DNA of 64,000 nucleotides from NCBI GenBank assembly GCA_003562475.1, contig PWUU01000039.1:89-64088 (forward strand), read 5' to 3'. This document shows positions 1-8,676 of this stretch, in pieces; the stretch's first letter is position 1, and every line of letters starts with the position of its first letter. Source of the DNA: Dehalococcoidia bacterium. Lineage in GTDB: Bacteria; Chloroflexota; Dehalococcoidia; GIF9; AB-539-J10. The notes below the pieces were generated by a model that saw nothing but the letters and a program-made list of their open reading frames with translations, had not been told where the DNA came from and did no database searches. The position numbers were made by a program, and so were the translations under genes.

Positions 1-65
1 GCTCACTTAGAGTTGATATGGGAAATGCGGGGTTGATACGTACAGAACTCCGCCCATTTGCAGGC

Positions 66-94
66 GTTGACGACTGGATGCGTCAGCTATAGCA
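66..94 (+). promoter_or_regulatory. putative sigma70-type promoter (TTGACG - 17 nt - TAGCAT)
   Basis: TTGACG at 66-71, a 17-nt spacer, then TAGCAT at 89-94. It lies about 245 nt upstream of the corrinoid protein gene. Hexamer match only. Confidence 0.3.
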
Positions 95-99
95 TAGAG

Positions 100-257
100 C
101 ACCCACGGCCAAGGAGGGCGTGTCTCCCTTCTGTGGGTTGATTTGGCAAATCCCGGGTACAATCCCGGTTGTCCGGAGGAGGTTGCCACCAGCAGAACAG
201 CAGAACACGAGGCAATGAAGGCCGCAGGACGCCGCCTTGGCCTTGCCCTTTTCTTAT
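100..257 (+). promoter_or_regulatory. candidate cobalamin-riboswitch-like leader ending in a terminator-like stem
   Basis: Ordered motifs: hairpin CCGGG-TACAAT-CCCGG (153-168), GCCACCAG (185-192), GAAGGC (217-222), CAGGACGCCGCC (225-236). A stem AAGGCC/GGCCTT (218-244) is followed by the T-rich GCCCTTTTCTTAT (245-257). These resemble the AATCC loop, GCCACTG, GGGAAGGC and B12-box elements of the cobalamin riboswitch in the right order. Not verified with a covariance model. Confidence 0.3.
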
Positions 258-339
258 CCTCAGGGTACGGTCCACCTCGATGAGAGACAAATGACAAGCT
301 GAAGAGCACCAATGAACAGCACGTTGAGACAGGAGGTTA

Positions 340-972
340 GTGGTGTCTTCAATTCTGAACGAAGCGATTGTTAGCGGAGACTGGGACTCCGCCGCGGAAC
401 TGACCAGACAGGCCGTCGAATCCGGTGCGGACCCAAGGAAGATCATCGATGAAGAGCTCCGACCTGCCATGGTGGTGGTGGGGGAGAGGTTCTCCAGCGG
501 ACAGTATTTCCTGCCGGACATGCTGATGGCCGCAAGGGCAATGAATAATGCGCTGGACGTCCTGCAGCCCTTGCTTGCGGGCGGCGAGAGCACCAGGATT
601 GGCAAAGTGGTCATAGGAACGGTGCGCGGAGATGTGCATGACATCGGGAAGAACATGGTATGCATGCTGCTCAAGGGAACGGGGTTCGATGTTGTGGACG
701 TCGGGACCGACGTCTCCGAAGAGAGATTCATTGAGGAAGTGCGCAAGCACAACCCTGACATCCTTGGTCTGTCTGCGCTGCTCACGACCACCATGCCCCT
801 TCTCGGAAGTACGATCAAGGCATTGAATGAAGCGGGCCTGCGGTCGGCCGTCAAAGTCGTGGTTGGCGGGGCACCTGTTTCGCAGCAGTTCGCCGACCTC
901 ATCGGCGCGGACGGATACGGCGATGATGCGGGAGGAGCTGTAAGCCTGTGCCGGCGATTGGTGGGCAGATAA
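340..972 (+). CDS. cobalamin-binding corrinoid protein (MtaC/MtbC-like)
   Basis: 210-aa ORF with RBS AGGAGG at 331-336 and a GTG start. It has the canonical B12-binding motifs D-x-H-x-x-G (GDVHDIGKN), S-x-L (SALLTTT) and G-G (VVGGAP), plus an N-terminal helical cap. Confidence 0.85.
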   Translation: MVSSILNEAIVSGDWDSAAELTRQAVESGADPRKIIDEELRPAMVVVGERFSSGQYFLPDMLMAARAMNNALDVLQPLLAGGESTRIGKVVIGTVRGDVHDIGKNMVCMLLKGTGFDVVDVGTDVSEERFIEEVRKHNPDILGLSALLTTTMPLLGSTIKALNEAGLRSAVKVVVGGAPVSQQFADLIGADGYGDDAGGAVSLCRRLVGR

Positions 973-1002
973 CACGTCGTGCGCGTTGCGCGTTAAGGAG
1001 AG

Positions 1003-2127
1003 ATGAGCATGAGTATGACCGGAAGAGAACGACTTCTAGCTGCGTGTCGGGGAGAACAGCTCGACAAGCTTCCGTACGGACCGCGCATAGACCTCTGGTA
1101 CAACTACCACAGGGCACACGGGACACTGCCGCCGAAGTATCAGGGGTGGAGCATGATGGATATCTGTCGTGACGTTGGGGTGGCCGCTCAGTATCGGCAC
1201 TACTCACTGGTGTTGGAGCAGGTCATAGACGTCGAGATAGTCGAGACCGAAGAGATGCCCTACAAGACCACAGAGTATCGCACTCCGCACGGCACGGTGT
1301 CCAATTCACTGATGTTCAACCCTCACGAGGGGGCAATAATCGGCTATGAGTCTGAACACCTGTTCAAGAGTGCCACCGACTACGCTGCGATCAAGTACAT
1401 CCTTGAACATACTAGACCCGTGCTGGATCCCGGCTACATCGAGGCATGCGAGGAGGTGGGCAACGATGGCCTGGTGATGAGTGGGATCAGACCTTGGTCG
1501 GCCCCGCAACGCGTGATGCGCGAAATCATGGGCTACGAGACCTTCTTCTACGAATTGGTGGACAATCCTGGGAAGGTAGAGGAGTTGATAGAGGCTGCGA
1601 AAGCTCTGGATCGCAAGAAGCTGGAACTCATAGTAGCCACGGATGTCGAGCTTGTTCACGTCGCCGGCAACTGGAGTGATGAGATTCACACGCCGGTCTT
1701 TGAGCGATTCTTCGTGCCATGGTTCCGGGAGGTCAATGAGTTACTGCATGCCCATGGTAAGCTGAGCGTGGCGCATGCTGATGGAGAGAACAAGAGGCTG
1801 CTTCCCCTCCTGCGAGACACGGACATCGACGTCTTTGAGGCTTTCACTCCGGCTCCGATGACCAAGGTGACCAATGCCGAGTTCCGACGGGCGGTGGGGA
1901 ACGATCGCACCGTATGGGGCGGAATACCGGCAACGCTGTTTTCTGAGTCGACCAGTGATGAGGTGTTCGACAACTACATCGTCAACAATCTGTTCAAGGA
2001 GATTGCCCCTGGGTATCGCTTCATAGTTGGAATGGGAGACAACCTGCCATTTGATGCCAGGATCGAACGAGTCATCAGGGTTGCAGAGCTTATCGAGGCA
2101 CATGGCAGACTGCCCATCAGCGGCTAG
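1003..2127 (+). CDS. uroporphyrinogen decarboxylase (URO-D) family methyltransferase, MtaA/CmuA-like
   Basis: 374-aa ORF starting 30 nt after the corrinoid protein gene, with RBS AAGGAGAG directly upstream. Length and sequence are typical of URO-D-fold partners of corrinoid proteins. Family call made by eye. Confidence 0.7.
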   Translation: MSMSMTGRERLLAACRGEQLDKLPYGPRIDLWYNYHRAHGTLPPKYQGWSMMDICRDVGVAAQYRHYSLVLEQVIDVEIVETEEMPYKTTEYRTPHGTVSNSLMFNPHEGAIIGYESEHLFKSATDYAAIKYILEHTRPVLDPGYIEACEEVGNDGLVMSGIRPWSAPQRVMREIMGYETFFYELVDNPGKVEELIEAAKALDRKKLELIVATDVELVHVAGNWSDEIHTPVFERFFVPWFREVNELLHAHGKLSVAHADGENKRLLPLLRDTDIDVFEAFTPAPMTKVTNAEFRRAVGNDRTVWGGIPATLFSESTSDEVFDNYIVNNLFKEIAPGYRFIVGMGDNLPFDARIERVIRVAELIEAHGRLPISG

Positions 2128-2422
2128 CTCCGATTGCCGACGTGAGATGCTGTCGTCCGAGTACAGGGGTTGGACATGATTCCTGCGTAACAGGCCATGT
2201 CTAGTGCGATTGGTATTGTTGTCGACTTGTGGTGCACTGCAGGCATACTACGTTGCAGCGAGCCACTGACATAGGCCATCGTATTCCTCTCCTAACCAAG
2301 TCATAGTGTCATTCTTCAACCTGTGCCTGATCTTGTAAATCACAGGGTACTCCGGCATATTGTGACCGTACTGGAACCTGAACTCATGAGCATGTTCCAG
2401 CAAAGAAAGGAGGATGTTGATA

Positions 2423-3541
2423 ATGCGCATCACCAAGGTCGAAGCCATCGAACTGAGGCTGCCGGAGGAGCAGATCGCAGACAAGGCCTCCGCAGGTCAG
2501 AACTCTCTGATTGTCAAGGTACATACGGACGAGGGCTTGGTGGGAGTCGGCGAGATCGACTCACACGCCCGAGTCGCCAAGGCCGCGGTGGAAGGTCCCT
2601 TTGTCCATTCGGTCTGCACTGGACTCGCGCGCGTAATGGTAGGGCTTGACCCTATGGACATCCGGGTCATCAATGAGAAGCTGTACCAGTCCACCTTCTA
2701 CTATGGACGCCGTGGAGTCGTGGTTCAGGCAATCGGCGGAATCGACATCGCGCTGTGGGATCTTAAAGGCAAAGCGCTGGGAATGCCGGTCTACGCGTTG
2801 CTCGGCGGCGCATTTCAGAAGAAGATCCGCGCGTATGCCAGTGACCTTTTCGGTCGCGATGGAAACGAAACCGCTGAGAAGGCGCGGATCTGGAAGGCCA
2901 AGGGATACACAGCCATCAAACTTGGCTGGGCACCGATGGGCCAAAGCGAGCGACTCGATCTGGAGCTGGTTGAAGGAGCACGAAGAGGCGCGGGTTCGGA
3001 CATGGATGTGTTGGTCGATGCCGGCTGCTGCTGGGATACGATCACAGCGATCAGGAGAGCGCGACAGTTCGAGGACTACAACATATACTGGCTTGAGGAA
3101 CCACTTCAGCAGGACAACCTGGATGGATACATGCAGATAAGCAGCGTGTCGAGAATACCAATTGCAGCTGGGGAGGGTGACTCGGGTCGGTTCGCCTGGC
3201 GTGACCTCATCGAGAGGGGTGGCATACACATTTGCCAGATCGATCTGGCTCGCAACGGCTTCACCGAGGCAATGCGAATCGCCGATCTTGCGGAAGACAG
3301 AGGCCGCAAGGTAGTGAATCACTTCTACACCTCCGGCATCAACCTGGCAGCCGGACTTCATTTCCTCGCGGTGAGGAGGTCGACATTCATCTACGAATAC
3401 TGCGTTGAAGAGACCCCGATACGTTGGGGCGTCACGAAGCAACGCATGGAGATTGATGACGAGGGTTTCGTCCACGTACCCGAAGGACCAGGGCTTGGAA
3501 TCGACCTCGACGAAGACACAATCGACAATCTGCGGGTCTAG
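2423..3541 (+). CDS. enolase-superfamily (mandelate racemase/muconate lactonizing enzyme family) acid-sugar dehydratase, paralog 1
   Basis: ATG at 2423 lies 9 nt after AAGGAGG. The N-terminal capping domain (KVEAIELRLP...GVGEIDS) and barrel motifs (ALWDLKGK, WLEEP, AAGE, QIDL) fit the family. About three-quarters of residues match the ORF at 24961-26082 over the stretches I aligned by eye. Confidence 0.85.
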   Translation: MRITKVEAIELRLPEEQIADKASAGQNSLIVKVHTDEGLVGVGEIDSHARVAKAAVEGPFVHSVCTGLARVMVGLDPMDIRVINEKLYQSTFYYGRRGVVVQAIGGIDIALWDLKGKALGMPVYALLGGAFQKKIRAYASDLFGRDGNETAEKARIWKAKGYTAIKLGWAPMGQSERLDLELVEGARRGAGSDMDVLVDAGCCWDTITAIRRARQFEDYNIYWLEEPLQQDNLDGYMQISSVSRIPIAAGEGDSGRFAWRDLIERGGIHICQIDLARNGFTEAMRIADLAEDRGRKVVNHFYTSGINLAAGLHFLAVRRSTFIYEYCVEETPIRWGVTKQRMEIDDEGFVHVPEGPGLGIDLDEDTIDNLRV

Positions 3542-3599
3542 ATGCGCTGCTATCGCCTGAGCGGTCCCGGACAGGCCACGACTCAGGGAGCGGGACTCC

Positions 3600-4477
3600 G
3601 GCGGCTGCCGCAATTCCGCCAGCCGCTGCGTTGACACGAGTCGTTCGCCATCTTCGGTCTTGAAGTAGTTGAACTGCAACGCACCGACATCAAGTCCCCG
3701 GAGCTGCAGGTACTTGGCCGCATTGATCACGTCTTTGGGGACCTGCTAAGCCACCAGCACTGTCTCTTCTGCTTTGAATTGAGCTCAACGGTATCCAGGT
3801 CCTTGTCGAATCTCGATCTGAAAGCTGTCTCGAAGTCGGTTCTTAACCTGGAGCTCACGTACTATTCAGCGAGTCCTCTAGGGGCGTCTGGCTGCACGGT
3901 TGACACATATGCCGCGTACTCGAGGGCTTGTGCAATGATGTCCCAAGACGTTCGGTCCTTCTTGAGTTCAATGATGAGTGTATCGCCGTTGCCATTGACT
4001 GCGAGGAGGTCCACGTACTTGCCCAGATCAGTCGGTACCTGGCGTCCGATGTACAGAACGGGTTCCCCATCCAACATTACGTGGGTATTCTTCTCCAGCC
4101 AGTCCTCAAGCACTTCCTCTACGTCTTCTTCGCCGAACCTGCGCGTGTGTGAGTGATAGCATAAGAGGCACCCGCCCATACAAGTGGCGTGATACTCGAA
4201 AAGTAACCCGCTCGGGGTGCTCCGAAATAGACCGGCTGGATGGGAGTTCAACAGAAGTACTTCCTCAGCTCTTTCCCGGACACATCGTGAGCTCAACCGT
4301 CACCTGGAATTGCGCCGGGTCCTTCTCTTCGTTGTACTCTACCCATGCTTGCAACGTCTGGCCTCTGGACTGCACTTCCCAACCTCCGTGGTCACTTAAA
4401 GCGATATTCCCCCGGCAGCAATTGTAAGCGTACGCGAACGCATCATGCGCCGATGCGGAGCTTCGAGACGTATCCAC
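3600..4477 (-). pseudogene. decayed PD-(D/E)xK (NucS/DUF91-like) nuclease gene
   Basis: ORF 3862-4296 carries the nuclease core GKYVDLLAVNGNGDTLIIELKK...IIAQALEYAAYV and ends at a TAG. Protein-like sequence continues downstream only across a frameshift and a second in-frame TAG (3746-3748): ...DKDLDTVELNSK / AEETVLVA*QVPKDVINAAKYLQLRGLDVGALQFNYFKTEDGERL. The N-terminal piece (4265-4477) is in yet another frame. The boundaries are approximate. Confidence 0.4.
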
Positions 4478-5058
4478 GAGGACTGTCTTCCAGCGTCAGA
4501 TGAACGTTGCACTCGGCGTCAGATGTGCCAAATAATGACGGGCCCCGGAGGAGGGCCAGGCATCGGGGCCCGTATGGAAGGGAGGAGAGAAGACAGTGAA
4601 GCCGTATACGGAGCGCTACCCACGATAAGAACAGGTCATGTGTGGCCAGCGGAGAATGTACACCGTCTCTCCTGCTTCTGCACTATCGACATCCTTAACG
4701 CGCTCGGTGTCTCTCCGGCAAGAGTGCCGGCGTCACACAACCACAGATCAAATCATCTCGTATGCGACAGTGACAGTATGCAAGATGTGATGCAGACCTG
4801 TCACCTTTGCATCAGTAGTTGCGCGAAACCCATCGACAATAGAGGATTCCTCCGGTTGATCGACGTTCAGCGTTTCGCGAAAGGTCTGTCCCATGCGATA
4901 TAACAGGGCGCCACGTGCTATCTCTCCAATGAATCATCGTATAGGATATGTATGTCGTGATCGAAGACTGTTTGCCTTCATATGATTCGGTGCGGATTCG
5001 AACGCGTGATACAATTGGCACGACACGTCTGGTGGCCTGGACTGCTGGAGGACTTTAC

Positions 5059-5619
5059 ATGGACTGTGATTCGAGTAGCACACATGATTTCAAGCTTGAC
5101 TCCATCAACAATGATGACGACTACAACCTCATCGCTCTCATAAACCAGACAGGTCATGCCTTTAGCCTCGCACGTACACGAGAGCTGAGCAAATATGGCC
5201 TCAGTATGATGCGGGCGGCTGTTCTACTCGTACTCCAAACGCGTGACAATAACGCGACCCCCACCGAGATATCGCAGTGGCTTCTGCGGGAACCTCACAC
5301 GATATCTGCGCTGCTGGACCGCATGGAAAAGGACGGGCTCATCCGCCGATACCGTGACTTACGCAAGAAGAACACGGTCCGGGTCGTGATGACTGATAAG
5401 GGCCGCGCTGCCTACCAGCAATCGCTGCAGCGCCAGACATTCCATAGCGTCATGTCCGTGCTATCCGACGACGAACGGGAGCAGCTTCGCAACATTATGA
5501 CAAAGCTGTGGCTGAGGACATTGCAGGAGGTCAAGCGCGAGGTTGCATGGGCCAGTACCGCCCCATCACACGTTGAGATGGCGAACCAGCAGCATAGTTC
5601 AGGGAAGCCTCCCCGCTAG
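5059..5619 (+). CDS. MarR family transcriptional regulator
   Basis: ATG at 5059 lies 8 nt after GGAGGA. The winged-helix region (LSMMRAAVLLVLQTRDNNATPTEISQWLLREPHTISALLDRMEKDGLIRR...VRVVMTDKG) is typical of MarR. Confidence 0.85.
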   Translation: MDCDSSSTHDFKLDSINNDDDYNLIALINQTGHAFSLARTRELSKYGLSMMRAAVLLVLQTRDNNATPTEISQWLLREPHTISALLDRMEKDGLIRRYRDLRKKNTVRVVMTDKGRAAYQQSLQRQTFHSVMSVLSDDEREQLRNIMTKLWLRTLQEVKREVAWASTAPSHVEMANQQHSSGKPPR

Positions 5620-5843
5620 TCCACCAGTTCCCCCCTGACTCCTGGGAGCAGAGCCTTGATTCACAGTCGCCTGTGTCCCCGGCTATTCGCTTACAGCTAC
5701 GGGGGAACCAAACGAGATGCAATCCTCTACACGTTCTCCGCACGAACTGGTGAACCGTCGTCACATCTCGATCAGATTACCGCTTGGCAGTCCCCAGACA
5801 CCTCTGCTAGCATCAGCGGCACGCAGGGAGGAGGGTGCTTCTC

Positions 5844-6422
5844 ATGAACGTTCGCGACCTGATCCTTAAGAATCGCAGCTACCGGCGATTTCGCCAGCAT
5901 GAGCCTGTTCCTATGGAGGTACTGCGCGAGCTTGTAGACCTGGCCCGTATTGCACAGTCGCCATGGAACCAGCAAGCCGCCAAGTTCCTGCTCTGCAATC
6001 GGCCCGAGAAGAATGCCGAGATCTTTGGACTCCTCTCGTGGGCGGCACGCATGCCTGATTGGCCTGGACCCGCAGAGGGTGAGCGTCCTTCGGCCTACAT
6101 CGTTATCGTCGGCGACAGGGACATCAGCAAAGTCTTCCCTTCTGACCATGTCGTGGCCGGCACGGCTATCCTGCTCGGTGCCGTGGAACTGGGCTTTGGG
6201 GGCTGCCTTGTCGGTGCATTTAGCAAGAAGAAAATGTCAAAGATCCTCGAATTGAGTGATAGATACGAACCACTCCTTGCCGTCGCGCTCGGCAGACCAA
6301 ACGAGACGATAGTGCTCGACCGTGTCGGACGTGATGGCAACACAGCCTACTGGCACGATGAGAAAGGCATACATCACGTGCCAAAGAGATCGCTCGAAGA
6401 CCTGATCCTTCGAGAACTCTGA
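5844..6422 (+). CDS. nitroreductase family protein
   Basis: ATG at 5844 lies 9 nt after GGAGGAGG. The N-terminal motif NRSYRRF...VPMEVLRELVDLAR and the C-terminal LAVALGRP are typical of FMN nitroreductases. Confidence 0.8.
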   Translation: MNVRDLILKNRSYRRFRQHEPVPMEVLRELVDLARIAQSPWNQQAAKFLLCNRPEKNAEIFGLLSWAARMPDWPGPAEGERPSAYIVIVGDRDISKVFPSDHVVAGTAILLGAVELGFGGCLVGAFSKKKMSKILELSDRYEPLLAVALGRPNETIVLDRVGRDGNTAYWHDEKGIHHVPKRSLEDLILREL

Positions 6423-6695
6423 CAACCGATGTAGTACACCGGCCGCGGCATCACGGCGTCGCCAGGTACTGCACACGTCATTCCGGGCTCACGTCCGACT
6501 CGAATCGCCCTGAGATCCATTGTGCCAATTCTGTCTCCAGCCTCTGTACCTGGCTTTCCTCTCCAGTTTGCACTCTCACTCCGCGATCCGGGATCGTGAA
6601 GCTCCTTCGATCGATGCATTTCAGGTCGCCACCACAAGATCAAGATGCGCAGTGCGGCGAGCGTACGCACAGCAACCTGAGCAGGAGCGCAGGAT

Positions 6696-6724
6696 TTGAC
6701 AGATTCTGGAGACGCAGCTAGGCT
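6696..6724 (+). promoter_or_regulatory. putative sigma70-type promoter (TTGACA - 17 nt - TAGGCT)
   Basis: Hexamers at 6696-6701 and 6719-6724, about 30 nt upstream of the small ORF at 6755. Confidence 0.3.
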
Positions 6725-6754
6725 GGAAGCGAGGGCGAACAGAGGAGGGTTCAA

Positions 6755-6976
6755 ATGGAAGGTATTACAAGAGAAGAGGCGGTCGCTCTCTGCTCCAAAG
6801 TCCAGGAGCAGAATCGCGCGGCTCTGTCCTCGCCGGCGAGGATGCAGTGCTGGCAGTGCCAGCGCGACTCAGGAGGCGAGGTGGACAGGACCTACATGGC
6901 CGCAATGCCCGGATTCCTTGGATGCGACCTCGTAAACAAGCTGCGGACGCGCATGGAGCGCGCCCACGGTCGCTAG
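6755..6976 (+). CDS. hypothetical small protein with a CxxC motif (73 aa)
   Basis: ATG preceded by GGAGGG at a 6-nt spacing and by the putative promoter. The sequence contains CWQC. I recognise no family. Confidence 0.4.
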   Translation: MEGITREEAVALCSKVQEQNRAALSSPARMQCWQCQRDSGGEVDRTYMAAMPGFLGCDLVNKLRTRMERAHGR

Positions 6977-6997
6977 ACCTGTGAGAGCACGAGACGG

Positions 6998-7882
6998 CTA
7001 CGCCACCCTGTGGTTCGCCAGCTCCTCGAGAGCAAGAACCATAGCCGAGTGATCGTAGTCCAGACCATCGTGTGCCGCTACCGCATTGAACAACTCCTGC
7101 GCGAGCGCGGTGCCCGGAATGCTCATGTGGAGGCTTCGGGCGGATTGCAGCGCAAGGTTCAAATCCTTCTGATGTAGCCGGATTCTGAATCCCGGCTGGA
7201 AAGTTCTCTTGATCATACGTTCACCGTGCAGCTCCATGATGCGGCTGCTCGCGAGTCCACCCATGAGCGCCTCTCTCACCTTGGCAGGATCAGCGCCCGC
7301 CTTGGCGGCAAAAGTCAGCGCCTCCGCGGTAGCAGCAATCGTGAGCGCCACCGCAATCTGATTCGCCACTTTGCACGTCTGTCCGGCTCCATGCTCCCCG
7401 ATATGCACAATGTTCTTTCCCATCAACTCGAAGTATGGTTTGATGCGTTCGAACACTTCTGGCTTGCCACCAACCATGATGGACAGTATCGCCTTCTCTG
7501 CGCCAACCTGGCCGCCGGACACTGGAGCATCCAGCATTTCGACGTTTATCGCAGCAAGCCTTTCCGCGAAGTCTTTCGTGGCTATCGGGGATATTGAGCT
7601 CATGTCCACCACAGTGGAGCCTGGCCTGACCGTCTCCGCAACACCATCCTTGCCAAACAGCACGTCTTCCACATCGGGAGTGTCAGGCACCATCACGATG
7701 ATGATGTCTGAGAGCGATGCCACATGTTTGCTGCTGTCGCAAGCAACCGCCCCCTTGTCCGCCAACTCCTTTACCGACTCAGCAACTCGATCATAGACGT
7801 GCACGGTGTTGCCTGCCGCCAGCAAGTGGCCGGCCATGGGCTTGCCCATGATGCCAAGTCCTACGAATCCTAGCTGTGCCAT
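6998..7882 (-). CDS. 2-hydroxy-3-oxopropionate (tartronate semialdehyde) reductase / 3-hydroxyisobutyrate dehydrogenase family
   Basis: N-terminal Rossmann motif GFVGLGIMGKPMAGHL. ATG at 7882 lies 6 nt after GGAGG. The gene is adjacent to and co-directional with hyi. Confidence 0.85.
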   Translation of the reverse strand: MAQLGFVGLGIMGKPMAGHLLAAGNTVHVYDRVAESVKELADKGAVACDSSKHVASLSDIIIVMVPDTPDVEDVLFGKDGVAETVRPGSTVVDMSSISPIATKDFAERLAAINVEMLDAPVSGGQVGAEKAILSIMVGGKPEVFERIKPYFELMGKNIVHIGEHGAGQTCKVANQIAVALTIAATAEALTFAAKAGADPAKVREALMGGLASSRIMELHGERMIKRTFQPGFRIRLHQKDLNLALQSARSLHMSIPGTALAQELFNAVAAHDGLDYDHSAMVLALEELANHRVA

Positions 7883-7899
7883 CAACTACCTCCTTTGAC

Positions 7900-8676
7900 T
7901 CACAGGTACTTCTTCACCCAGCCTAGGCTCTCTTCAGTCGTACCCGTGGGATTGTATTCACAGCCTATCCATCCGTTGTATCCGGTCCCGTCAATAGCAC
8001 GAAACAGGTTTTCAAAGTTGATCTCCCCCGTGCCCGGCTCACGGCGCCCGGGGACATCCGCGAGTTGCATATGGCCGATGCTGTCCACATTCTGCGCTAT
8101 CGTCCTGGTTAAGTTACCCTCCATCATCTGCATGTGATAGATGTCATATTGCATATACACGTTGGGGTGATCGACTGCTTCCAACAGGTCACGCATGTGC
8201 CTGCTGCTACTCAGGCAGTAACCGGGCACATCATCAGAGTTGAGCGCTTCGACAAGCAGCATGATCCCTGACGTGTGCGCCTCTTCTGCAGCATAGCGGA
8301 CATTGGATACAAGCGATTCAAACCACGCCTCAGGAGACAGTCTCGCCGGAGGGATGCCGGCCAGGCAGTTCAGCCTGGGACACTGCAGCGTTGTCGCATA
8401 GTCGATAGCAAGACCAAGACCTTCCTTGAACTCGTCCACTCGATCGGGTAGACAGGCGAGCCCCCTCTCACCCGCACCCCATTTCCCTGCCGGCAGGTTA
8501 TGGAGCACAACCTCCAGTCCATGCCTCTCTAGCCGCTCGAGCAACTCTTCTTTCTTCCATTCGTACGGAAACAGGAATTCCACCGCCTTGAAACCAAACC
8601 GCGAGGCCTGTTCGAACCGGTCGAGGAAATCGACCTCCTTGAACAGCATGGAAAGATTTGCACTGAACCTGGGCAT
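7900..8676 (-). CDS. hyi: hydroxypyruvate isomerase
   Basis: 258 aa from the ATG at 8676 (RBS GGAGG upstream). The N-terminus MPRFSANLSMLF...FKAVEFLFPY and the TIM-barrel xylose-isomerase-like fold are typical of Hyi. Confidence 0.85.
   Translation of the reverse strand: MPRFSANLSMLFKEVDFLDRFEQASRFGFKAVEFLFPYEWKKEELLERLERHGLEVVLHNLPAGKWGAGERGLACLPDRVDEFKEGLGLAIDYATTLQCPRLNCLAGIPPARLSPEAWFESLVSNVRYAAEEAHTSGIMLLVEALNSDDVPGYCLSSSRHMRDLLEAVDHPNVYMQYDIYHMQMMEGNLTRTIAQNVDSIGHMQLADVPGRREPGTGEINFENLFRAIDGTGYNGWIGCEYNPTGTTEESLGWVKKYL

Noticed and set aside
1-36. Possible 3' end of an upstream plus-strand gene (...AHLELIWEMRG*) at the window edge.
   Set aside because: Eleven codons are too few to distinguish coding sequence from chance.
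87-902. Long ORFs antisense to confidently assigned genes. Examples: 87-902(-), 2561-3730(-), 9286-10350(-), 12457-13599(+), 21860-22621(+), 25156-26130(-), 41538-42419(-), 47373-48296(-), 58159-59490(-), 61878-62843(-).
   Set aside because: These are shadow ORFs, typical of high-GC DNA. Their translations are Arg/Ser/Pro/His-rich with no recognisable motifs, while the opposite strand carries clear family signatures and RBS-linked starts.
3746-3864. Two in-frame TAG codons in the nuclease-like gene, considered as possible pyrrolysine read-through given the nearby corrinoid methyltransferase genes.
   Set aside because: The two TAGs are separated by a frameshift, and a TGA occurs in the alternative frame. 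The gene is not a methylamine methyltransferase, and no pyl genes are in the window. Pseudogenisation is the simpler explanation.
4748-4894. A 48-codon minus-strand ORF (MGQTFRETLNVDQPEESSIVDGFRATTDAKVTGLHHILHTVTVAYEMI), divergent from marR.
   Set aside because: It has no Shine-Dalgarno sequence and no recognisable motif, and it lies in the decayed region. I cannot support it from sequence alone.
4984-5006. tRNA-like fragment GATTCGGTGCGGATTCGAACGCG. Its reverse complement contains TTCGAATCCGCACCGAATC, resembling a T-loop plus 3' acceptor half. It could mark an att site at the edge of the decayed region.
   Set aside because: The 5' half of the T stem and the rest of a cloverleaf are absent. 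A 9-mer such as TTCGAATCC is expected by chance about once in two strands of 64 kb. No integrase and no second repeat copy was found.
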